Positions 1 to 7,800 of a DNA stretch of 29,322 nt are shown here, one piece after another. The notes beneath the pieces were generated by a model. The model searched no databases. It was not told the origin of the DNA and saw only the letters and a list, made by a program, of their open reading frames with translations. Source of the stretch: a virus. The position numbers and the translations under genes were made by a program. The stretch spans positions 1-29,322 of IMG/VR virus record IMGVR_UViG_3300029814_000010; one strand, written 5' to 3'. The stretch's first letter is position 1, and the number at the start of each line of letters is the position of its first letter.

Positions 1-103
1 AAGGTTCGAGTGACTAGTGAAACCATCGTTATTTTATGGAAATTATAGAGCGTTTTAGTAACCTTCATTTCAAATAAGGACACTAAAATTCTTGATTGAG
101 CAT

Positions 104-135
104 AAAAAAAAGACTTGGCAGCATGAGCTACCAAG
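104..135 (-). terminator. Intrinsic terminator (minus strand)
   Basis: Minus-strand read: CTTGGTAGC-TCAT-GCTGCCAAG (9-bp stem, 1 mismatch) followed by a run of 8 T. Confidence 0.6.
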
Positions 136-235
136 CGACATGAAAAACAAAAACATTCGGCACGTAATCGCCTAAAGTACATCTATAGTGTACCTTTATT
201 TAGATTAAATGTCTAACGATTTATCACGAATACAC

Positions 236-259
236 AAAAAGGCTAGGATAACCCTAGTC
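236..259 (-). terminator. Weak hairpin plus T-run just after the stop of the 183-aa gene
   Basis: CTAGG-GTTAT-CCTAG core stem starts 3 nt after the stop at 262-264 and is followed by TTTTTG on the minus strand. The stem is short. Confidence 0.4.
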
Positions 260-261
260 TT

Positions 262-813
262 TTAACGGATATTCTCTAAATTATTTTCAATCCACTCAAG
301 TCGATTTTGGCGACCTGCTGGTATCGGCTCTTGGCTTCGTGAATAGTCTTTAAATCTCATTTGCAACATGTACTCACCGCCACCGATAGAGCTGGATTCC
401 AATGCAATTTCTAAATAAGCACTAGAAATCCAATTACCGCCCGCTGTGTACATTCTGCCAGCACCTCCGATGATGTCATCATGGCTGTTTTCAAGCCATT
501 TTAAGAGTTGCTGTTTTTTGAATTGATCATAATAGGCATAAAACGGCATATTCATTTTTAAAGAATTATCCATGTAGTAATCAATTTGAGTCTTACCAAT
601 CATGGCAAGTTCAAAATCATCAAACAAGCAGTCGAGCATTGCATTTACTCGTGCCGCTCCCATCTTTTCAATAGAAGTATCCCCATTTTTGAATTTTTGC
701 CAATTGGCGTCAGTAAACTTAATATTAGGAAGACGGTAGAAGTCGTTTTCAAATTTAAAATAACGCCCTACGTATTCTAAAATTAGGTCTTTGATGTCGT
801 TGTTGATAATCAT
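262..813 (-). CDS. Hypothetical 183-aa protein, second gene of the post-lysin cassette; no family recognised with certainty
   Basis: Long ORF. I prefer the ATG at 813 (MIINNDIKDLILEY...) because AAGGAG lies 7 nt upstream. The track start at 840 lacks an SD. Confidence 0.8.
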   Translation of the reverse strand: MIINNDIKDLILEYVGRYFKFENDFYRLPNIKFTDANWQKFKNGDTSIEKMGAARVNAMLDCLFDDFELAMIGKTQIDYYMDNSLKMNMPFYAYYDQFKKQQLLKWLENSHDDIIGGAGRMYTAGGNWISSAYLEIALESSSIGGGEYMLQMRFKDYSRSQEPIPAGRQNRLEWIENNLENIR

Positions 814-824
814 GTTTATTCTCC

Positions 825-1160
825 TTACGCTACGTCCCAAACTTTTTCAGAAATATAGTAAGTACCAATGTTAGAACCGTCAGCTACTACTTCGATACCG
901 TAGTAAGCACCAATTTTGTGCATTACTTCGTTGAATTTAACCACTTTAGCACTGTCTAGCACTTCAACCATTGACCATTTGCCAGATTTACGCATTTTAG
1001 CTTCAACTGCTTGGAATTTAGCAAGGCTAGTGTCACTATCTTTGATAGCAGCCCACGCCATTTTCATTGCTCCTGCGATGTATTCAATAGCTTTACCGCC
1101 GAATTTTTTAGCAGCTTCTTTTGAAATTTCCCAAGCGTTTGTCATAAGTTCTTTTTTCAT
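825..1160 (-). CDS. Hypothetical 111-aa protein, first gene of the post-lysin cassette
   Basis: ORF with SD AAAGGGAG upstream of the ATG at 1160. The N-terminus is helical (TNAWEISKEAAKKFGGKAIEYIAGAMKMAWAAIK). The stop lies 11 nt before the next start. Confidence 0.8.
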   Translation of the reverse strand: MKKELMTNAWEISKEAAKKFGGKAIEYIAGAMKMAWAAIKDSDTSLAKFQAVEAKMRKSGKWSMVEVLDSAKVVKFNEVMHKIGAYYGIEVVADGSNIGTYYISEKVWDVA

Positions 1161-1193
1161 GGTTCTTACTCCCTTTCTTTATCTTACATGTAT

Positions 1194-1222
1194 ATTATAT
1201 ATCATATATGATAGTTTGTCAA
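1194..1222 (-). promoter_or_regulatory. Consensus sigma-A promoter driving the 111-aa/183-aa cassette
   Basis: Minus strand reads TTGACA (1222-1217), an exact 17-nt spacer, then TATAAT (1199-1194). The spacer contains the perfect palindrome ATCATATATGAT (1201-1212). Confidence 0.7.
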
Positions 1223-1254
1223 CGCTTTTGATAAAGAAATTTAAGTTTTTTTGT

Positions 1255-1285
1255 AAAATAAAAAAGCCCGGCGCAAAGTCGGGGC
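1255..1285 (-). terminator. Intrinsic terminator (third of a stack)
   Basis: GC-rich imperfect hairpin GCCCCGAC-TTTGC-GCCGGGC followed by TTTTTTATTTT on the minus strand. Confidence 0.5.
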
Positions 1286-1362
1286 AGTTCAAGAAATTTA
1301 TCGAAATGACGCCAAGCATTCCGAAATCTATGTTATCACTTATCTATTGAAATCACAAATAT

Positions 1363-1393
1363 AAAAAAGAGCTATGAGACTAACTCATGGCTC
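1363..1393 (-). terminator. Intrinsic terminator (second of a stack)
   Basis: Minus strand: GAGCCATGAG-TTAGT-CTCATAGCTC (9 of 10 bp) followed by TTTTTT. Confidence 0.7.
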
Positions 1394-1415
1394 TTTGCCT
1401 ATGATGGATAGATAT

Positions 1416-1424
1416 ATTATAGCA
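1416..1424 (-). promoter_or_regulatory. Extended -10-like element (TGCTATAAT) between terminators
   Basis: The minus strand reads TGCTATAAT. No convincing -35. It could be chance in AT-rich DNA. Confidence 0.25.
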
Positions 1425-1427
1425 AAT

Positions 1428-1454
1428 AAAAAAAGCCCCAGCAAATGCCGGGGC
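1428..1454 (-). terminator. Strong intrinsic terminator closing the late/lysis operon
   Basis: Minus strand: GCCCCGG-CATTTG-CTGGGGC (7 bp including one G-U) followed by TTTTTTT. The G-U pair makes it minus-strand specific. Confidence 0.8.
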
Positions 1455-1549
1455 TTCGACCACTACTGCCATTGTATCCCTACTGCAGTCTGAGGGGAGG
1501 TGATATACTCCTTTTATTTTATTTTGTTTCGTGGTCTGTTATTTACAGT

Positions 1550-2296
1550 TTAAGCGAATGAACCGAACGACGTTACACGGCGGCCATTCTCTGATTGCCC
1601 AACTGCGACATAGCGACGATTTCCAGACCAGCTAATGTAGCTAATCCAGATATAGCCGTCAACGTCACACCAACCGTCATAGTTGATAGTTTCACCAGCT
1701 CCATAGACTGCCACGATTTCAGCACCTAAACCAGCGCCAGCTCGAACATTAAGAGCTGAGACTTCAACTGTGAATGTTCCGATTTCTTCGTTAATAGTAA
1801 TTATACCATCGAACGGGGTCGGAGTTGGTGCAGGAGCTTGTGATTGGTTGTCTGTTGGGAAGTAGAACCAGCCTACAATACCGTCAAAATTGCGTGTATT
1901 GTAACGAGCAGGACCACCAACATACAAGCTATCAGCGTTGCCGTCAATATTCTGCTCAATTGTTCGCATGGTATAGCCGTCTGAATCTTCGATAACCAGA
2001 CCAGTGTGTCCGTATGAATGCCCTGCGATGTAAGTAGTATCCATGACGAATACAGCCCCACGACGTGGACGACTGTCAAGGTTTCCCACTTGGTTATACT
2101 CGATTTCATAGCCCGCTGCTGCCGCTGAGTTTAGCAAGTCAATAGCGTTGCCCCAAAGGGCACGACCAAAGAAGTTAATTGAGATAGAGTTAGGCAGGTC
2201 AACGCATTGTGTCCCCCAACTTCCATCTGCATCGGTACCAATCCCAGCATTAGCTAGGTCTTCTGCAAATTGAATGATGTCGTTATCTGTTGCCAT
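1550..2296 (-). CDS. Endolysin, N-terminal CHAP domain plus C-terminal SH3b cell-wall-binding domain
   Basis: Catalytic-Cys context WGTQCVDL and downstream His (SYGHTGLV). A PAPTPTP linker follows. The SH3b-like tail is ALNVRAGAG...VDGYIWISYISWSGNRRYVAVG. Start moved to ATG 2296 (SD GGAAGGA), one nt from the holin stop. Confidence 0.9.
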   Translation of the reverse strand: MATDNDIIQFAEDLANAGIGTDADGSWGTQCVDLPNSISINFFGRALWGNAIDLLNSAAAAGYEIEYNQVGNLDSRPRRGAVFVMDTTYIAGHSYGHTGLVIEDSDGYTMRTIEQNIDGNADSLYVGGPARYNTRNFDGIVGWFYFPTDNQSQAPAPTPTPFDGIITINEEIGTFTVEVSALNVRAGAGLGAEIVAVYGAGETINYDGWCDVDGYIWISYISWSGNRRYVAVGQSENGRRVTSFGSFA

Positions 2297-2297
2297 A

Positions 2298-2594
2298 TTA
2301 ATATCCTTCCTTGTCGTTTCGTGGTTCGTGGTAGCCCAATGCTTGTTCGCTGTCTCCAAGACCCTTGGTTGTTGGATCTGGAATGATATTTAAGATGTTT
2401 ACAATTGTCAAACCTACTAAATAAGGGTTTGAGACAAACTTGCCAAACAAGTTGAACACCGCATCCCAGCTTGTGATATCTTCGAACTTGATACCAAAGT
2501 AAGCCAAGATGGGTAGTGCAATCGCAAGCGCCACACGATACAAGAACGCTTTATTCTTTGAGTTAAAACGTACAGACCAGTTAATTTTATTCAT
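2298..2594 (-). CDS. Holin, phi-LC3/Phage_holin_1-like
   Basis: 98 aa. It has the MNKINWSVRFNSKN N-terminus, two hydrophobic helices and the signature IPDPTTKGLGDSEQALGY. It sits directly upstream of the lysin. Confidence 0.85.
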   Translation of the reverse strand: MNKINWSVRFNSKNKAFLYRVALAIALPILAYFGIKFEDITSWDAVFNLFGKFVSNPYLVGLTIVNILNIIPDPTTKGLGDSEQALGYHEPRNDKEGY

Positions 2595-2805
2595 CAGTTG
2601 ATTTTCCTTTCAATTTTTCGATTTCTTTTTTGAGTTTATCGAATTCGAAGCGAGTTACAACTTCGCCCAAAATTTGATCCAAGTTAGTTGCTAGAGCCTC
2701 AACTGTTGGTTGTAGCTCTTCTAGCGCTTTTTCATTTTTATCAGTTTTGGTCACAAGAGCCTTGATATCTCGTCCGATCTGCTTAAATGCTTCGATTAGA
2801 TTCAT
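2587..2805 (-). CDS. Hypothetical small coiled-coil protein (72 aa)
   Basis: ORF overlapping the holin start by 8 nt. It shares the IGxDIKxL and ILGE motifs with the next gene. Confidence 0.7.
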   Translation of the reverse strand: MNLIEAFKQIGRDIKALVTKTDKNEKALEELQPTVEALATNLDQILGEVVTRFEFDKLKKEIEKLKGKSTDE

Positions 2806-2808
2806 TCG

Positions 2809-3135
2809 CTACTCTCCCTTTGCTTGATTATATGCAGATAGATAATCTACATCAGCCACAGCGTCAATCTTTTTGCCAAGCTCTGTCAACTTAGCTACGA
2901 TCGCTTCGCTAGTATCGCTATTGAGAGTACTAATCTTATCTGCAATCTCTTTTAGAGTGTCAAGATTCTCTGGAACTCCTTCGCCGAGAATTTCCGCTTT
3001 TAGCTGTTTGACTGCCTCGTTTAGCTGCTGCTCAGTGATGCCACTCCCTGCCTCTTTATCATTGATTGCTTTTTGCAAATTCTTGATGTCTGTACCGATT
3101 GCAACCACTACAGCTTCTAATTTATTTTTAGCCAT
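2809..3135 (-). CDS. Hypothetical coiled-coil protein (108 aa)
   Basis: I prefer ATG 3135 (MAKNKLEAV...), preceded by AGGGAG. The track start at 3150 is a TTG inside the SD region. Confidence 0.7.
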   Translation of the reverse strand: MAKNKLEAVVVAIGTDIKNLQKAINDKEAGSGITEQQLNEAVKQLKAEILGEGVPENLDTLKEIADKISTLNSDTSEAIVAKLTELGKKIDAVADVDYLSAYNQAKGE

Positions 3136-3241
3136 GCATTCTCCCTTCAAATTTTAGCTAAATTATATATAGCTACTAAATCTGGAAGCTCATCTACAGT
3201 ATCGCTGTCTAAGTGCTTCCGTACTTCCTCAGCCAGCGCTT

Positions 3242-3601
3242 TTATTTTGGGTCTTCGGTATTGCTTGGAATACTGTCAGATGGATTGAATGACGGGCGAA
3301 CACGTATTTTAAATTCATCCGTCGGGAAAATAAACCCATCTAGTTTTAATTCCAACTTGTAACGACCAGGATCTACAGCGTCTTTGAATTTGAAGTTGAA
3401 ACGACCTGATTCTACAGATACATCTTCATACAGAATTACTTTTTTCGCATTGAAGATGGCAAGCTTACCTGCGCCAGATAAGTCTTTCTTCAAGCCGTCA
3501 TCGCCCAAAATCTCAAATTCAAATACTGATGCAGTGTCTCCCGATTTAATTACACACCCGCCGTCAACTTGCCTAATGCTTGTCATGACATCATTAATCA
3601 T
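3242..3601 (-). CDS. Hypothetical phage protein (119 aa), probably beta-rich
   Basis: ORF overlapping the stop of the upstream holin-like gene by 8 nt. No family recognised. Confidence 0.7.
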   Translation of the reverse strand: MINDVMTSIRQVDGGCVIKSGDTASVFEFEILGDDGLKKDLSGAGKLAIFNAKKVILYEDVSVESGRFNFKFKDAVDPGRYKLELKLDGFIFPTDEFKIRVRPSFNPSDSIPSNTEDPK

Positions 3602-4013
3602 TCTCGTCGGTCTCCTTTAGATAAAACTTCTCTTTATCAATATTCCTCTTTACATACTTGTCAATAAAAGGTATTTCCACTCCTAACGCTGATAGACTAG
3701 CCAAGATACTAGAAGTGTAAGCCGCAATCATGGAAAAAATGAATGCATCAACAATGCTCGTCAGATTCATGAAATTTGCGAATGGATAGAATATTGCCAC
3801 GAACACAATCATTACTGTATGGCTGATTGCCCCTTTACGAAATTTTGCACTTGAAAGTTCGTGAGCAGCCCAAGCTCTGGACACACCCACGGCAACGTCT
3901 GAAAAAATGATTATGACGAGGAAAAGTACCCATGGATGCTCATCGATACCATGCGCATAAAAGTCTCGGACGACATCAAAGAGCCCAAAGATTCCGTCTG
4001 GTTTCTGTGCCAT
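3594..4013 (-). CDS. Holin-like membrane protein (Phage_holin_4_1 / toxin-secretion holin-like)
   Basis: 139 aa from ATG 4013 (SD GAAGGAGAA; TAATG overlap with the upstream stop). It has 3-4 hydrophobic helices, and FSDVAVGVSRAWAAHELSSAKFRKGAISH resembles the family core. Confidence 0.65.
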   Translation of the reverse strand: MAQKPDGIFGLFDVVRDFYAHGIDEHPWVLFLVIIIFSDVAVGVSRAWAAHELSSAKFRKGAISHTVMIVFVAIFYPFANFMNLTSIVDAFIFSMIAAYTSSILASLSALGVEIPFIDKYVKRNIDKEKFYLKETDEND

Positions 4014-4612
4014 TAATTCTCCTTCGGTTTGAATAGCCATGCAGTGGCAATCCCATTGTTTTCGAGCTTGCCACCTTTTGCGAAATCAGCGAATGGCTGA
4101 TTTTCGTAAATGAAAGACCCGTTAACTTGGATAAGTACCAGCTTGCCTTCTCCATCCACTTCTTCGTGGTCTGGGGCTTCGATAGCGAAGATATCCCCAG
4201 CGTTGAACACATCGCCTTTTTTAGCGACTGGCAACAATTCCAAGTATTGCTTGTAGATTGTGCCATACTGGATATTCTGACTCATTACCGCATTGAGGAT
4301 GGACACATTAGCAATCTTACGAGTCAACTCGCCTTGTTCAGCGACTTTCTCAGCCAAATTCAAGCGGTTGTCAAGCTCTTTAATAGATTCTTCTGACTTG
4401 GCTTGATAGCGTGCCAATGCCCCGGCGGGGTCCAGCTCAGTCGTCAAGATGTCCAAGATAAGCTGGATTTTAGCTTCATCCGTCTTGCTCGTGTGGTCGC
4501 CCGGAACGTCTCGTGTCAACCACGTCGAGCCATCTTTGGACTGGATGGCAACCCGTGTTGTTGTCGGGTTGGTCAGATAACTCGATGTAACACTGAAATT
4601 AGATTTATTCAT
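4013..4612 (-). CDS. Hypothetical tail-fibre-associated protein (199 aa)
   Basis: ORF in the conserved slot between tail fibre and holin, with an overlapping start. Confidence 0.75.
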   Translation of the reverse strand: MNKSNFSVTSSYLTNPTTTRVAIQSKDGSTWLTRDVPGDHTSKTDEAKIQLILDILTTELDPAGALARYQAKSEESIKELDNRLNLAEKVAEQGELTRKIANVSILNAVMSQNIQYGTIYKQYLELLPVAKKGDVFNAGDIFAIEAPDHEEVDGEGKLVLIQVNGSFIYENQPFADFAKGGKLENNGIATAWLFKPKEN

Positions 4613-4826
4613 CGGCCGCTCCTTTCTGCGCTACCTCGTTAAAGAGGTCATTAAGGTCTGAATCGGACGCTAGTACATTTTGATAGTGCTCTAGTTGAGA
4701 TTTGGCTTGCTCAAATTCGCTAACTGTCGACTGCAAGCGAGCCTTAAACTCAGCTTTTTCAATCGTTAAATTAGCGTTCTGACTTGCGATGTCTTGAATC
4801 ATTGAAGTGTAAATTTGTTCGTTCAT
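4605..4826 (-). CDS. Hypothetical small coiled-coil protein (73 aa)
   Basis: ORF just downstream of the tail fibre gene, with an SD-like GGAGGAAAA upstream. Confidence 0.7.
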   Translation of the reverse strand: MNEQIYTSMIQDIASQNANLTIEKAEFKARLQSTVSEFEQAKSQLEHYQNVLASDSDLNDLFNEVAQKGAADE

Positions 4827-4838
4827 TAGTTTTTCCTC

Positions 4839-7800
4839 CTACCAGTGATCAATTTTGCCGAAAGTGGCTTGCTCGTTTTTTAAAGCGTTAATAAATGCTG
4901 GGTCTCTCCCGTTTCCGCCTACATTTAGAAAATGCTGCCAAACCCTTGCGAGAGCTGCAGCAGCAAATGCTAGATTGGTGACATTAATCCAGCGGCCCTT
5001 TGGAAGTGAAGCCGGGTGGAAAGAGTACCCACGGTCAATATAAAAATCGTCTTTTAGCAATATTCTGTCACCATAAAGTTCAGCTTGGTCGAAAACTGCA
5101 TTATGCTCCAACCCTCTTGCGGCTCGATACACTCGAAGCCCAGCGAAACGGCCGGATGATGCTGAATTAACTCCATCTCCGGACGATGTTACGCCTATTG
5201 CAGCAAACAGCGAACCAGTGTTCTGGTCCTCGTCTGGCGGGGTGTCGTTGAAATGCACAAACGCCGTGTGCGGCCCTTTGCGTCGAATCAGCGCATTGTC
5301 TTTGTTGTGAAATTCGATCGTTGCATTGTCGTAGAAATGAATCTCAGATTGGTTTAAGTCAACTCTCATTGACCCGTTAAGTCCTTCTATTTTGCCTCCT
5401 CGATAATTCAAACCAGTAAACGTACCACTAGTGACACTTGAAGCGTTTAGATTGACGACGTCAATCAGTGAAGCGTTTAAGCGCCCGCTAGTAATTTTGC
5501 TTGCAGACAGTTCCCCGATTTTTGCTGAACTAATGACACCATCCTCGATGTACGTAGAACCGGTGATTTGGACCAGTTTACCGTCGATTTTAACTGAGCC
5601 GTCCTTGTTAAGGTTGATTTGGTTAAGCACATCACCGGACCTTGTCAGATTCTTGACTGCCCAAGACCCTGCAATCTGGGACATTTCGGATTTTGTAGCT
5701 TCTAAACCGGTGCCTAACTTGTCTAGTTGCTTATTAGTAACACCGAGATTGAACGCCCACTTATCCTCTAGGTTCTCTACCTTCCAAACTGTACCCTCGG
5801 CCTCTTGGATAATCTGAGAAATAGACCGCCCGTGTTCGCCGATGGTACGACTGAAACCGTCAACAGTTGACTTGATTTCGTTGAACTTAACTGCTATCTC
5901 TTGACTTGCGTCCTTCGGGGACGGCTGCCAAGCACGATCCATAGTACCCTCGTAGCAGTCTAGCTCGGTAAAAAATAACAGCGACTGGCTGCCATTGGTC
6001 GAGCCCGTGTTATCTATACGGATAAAACCTTCATCGCAATCACTCGTGTCGAAAGTTGAATGCCATTTAACCATCTGTGCGCTCGACAATGTGCCAGCGT
6101 GTGTTTTGATTACAACAGCCTTGCTGAAATTCTCACGCTGTTCATTCGATTTTCGTCCGAGAAAATAAATGTTGATGCCGTTGATGTTTTTAGACGCAAA
6201 TAATTGTATGTTGAGCGAATACAACGTGTTCCGTTTGACTGAAAATCTACCAATTGCAGCCGGAACCCTAGATGTTCCTTTTAGCAGGAACAACGGTTTG
6301 GAATTGTTATAATAAACCGAATGATTTGAAGTAGATAGATTCGAGTTAGTTTGCGAAGGCCCCCAAACGCCCCAGTCATCCAAATTTTCCGGGAAAGCAG
6401 AATTACGGATAAGATTCTCACCGCCTACAGACAGCGTATCAACTGACGGAATCTGTTTCTTGACCTCGCTAATAAGCTGTGTCGTTCCTCGCTCAGACTG
6501 TTGGATAAGGTTTGTTACAGCCGTAGCCGTCGCAAAACCTTTGCTATCAATAGCACTGTCTAGATCAACCCTAGAGAGTTTAGTCTCAATCTTGCCAGCT
6601 AGTGTGCTGATTTGCGTTTCAGCGTTTGTGACTTTATTTCCAAGATTGTCAAAATCGACTCTTGAAACCTTTTGAGCAATAGCATCTGCTGTAACACGCA
6701 ATTCTGCATTAGTCTGGTTTATTTTACGCTCTAACTCTTGACCTTTAGACACTGCACTGTCAGCCGTAGCTTTGACAGTTTGAACTTCTGTCCGGTCTGC
6801 TTTCAAACTGATTTTGTTATCGGTCTGAGTGATTGCTGTGTTATTAGCCGCTACGCTCTTAGAGAGCTTGTCAAATTCAGTTGAAATCTTGCTATCTACT
6901 CTACTAATTTCTGTAGTGATTTTGTTTCCTAGCTGCGTAATTGAACTCTCAGCCGTTGCGAGTCTTTGAGTAGCGTTGTTAAAAGTGCTTATCTTCACTC
7001 GTTGGCTGATTTCATTAGCTTGTTGAGTGATAGATGTTTCAGCGCTATTCACACGCCCTGTGAGCGTGTCTACATCCTGCTTGTTGGCTTTCTGGGTGAT
7101 TTGCCCAGCTTGCACTGTCAACGAGCTCTCAGCTTTGTTTAAACGCCCAGAAACAGCATTAACGTCCTCTTTGCTAGCCTTGGCTGAGATCTGTCCAGCT
7201 TGTTGCGTCAAAATCGTCTCAGCATTAGACACACGCTGACTGACCTTGTCGACATCTTGTTTGCTAGCTACTGAAATCAATGTGTTATTGATTTTGGCAA
7301 ACTGCACTGACGTGTCGTTTGACAATGTCCCGATAGAACCTTTTAAGGCTTCTACTTTCTTTTCAGTTTCGGATAAGTCCGTGTTTAGCGTACTTTTAGC
7401 GTTATCGACTAGTTTGACGGCTTCTGAAAGTGCATCTTTTTTAGATGCAGCAATCTTCTTTTCTGTTTCTGCACGCTCAACGCTGTCCAAGTAACGAGCT
7501 TCTGCGATAGCTTCACTCTTAATGTCATTTAGACGACCAAAAGCGTCTTCTGCAGTCGATTTTGCTGAACTAGCTAGCGTTTCTGCATTAGTAGCCTTGG
7601 CTGCGATTTCAGCAACCACTCGGTCATGTTCAGATTGTTGTTTAGCCATGCTGGCTGCGACTTTTTCAAATTCTTTTTTGATTTTGTCTTGCAGCCCCGT
7701 TCCGTCCCACGTTCTCAAAACCTCTTGCCACATTTCACCGGTCCAGCGATACATGATAGTGTGTCCTTCGTGTTCTGGGTCCGGTTTGTACCAAGAATCA

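Noticed and set aside
1-182. Minus-strand frame open from the ATG at 182 to the left window edge (MYFRRLRAECFCFSC...), with an in-frame ATG at 68
   Set aside because: The frame runs straight through a good terminator hairpin and its T8 run. It lacks an SD and its start is Cys/Phe-rich. I cannot exclude that a real gene starts at or left of 68, but nothing supports it.
586-1350. Plus-strand ORFs 586-780 and 916-1350 across the cassette
   Set aside because: They are antisense to the two SD-supported cassette genes. The 916-1350 ORF also runs through the promoter and a terminator. The peptides are hydrophobic and low-complexity.
3151-3241. Possible internal promoter (TATAAT within TAGCTATATATAATTTAGCTA) and hairpins ahead of the 108-aa gene
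   Set aside because: There is no acceptable -35 at 16-18 nt. AT-rich palindromes like this occur by chance, and the evidence is too weak to call.
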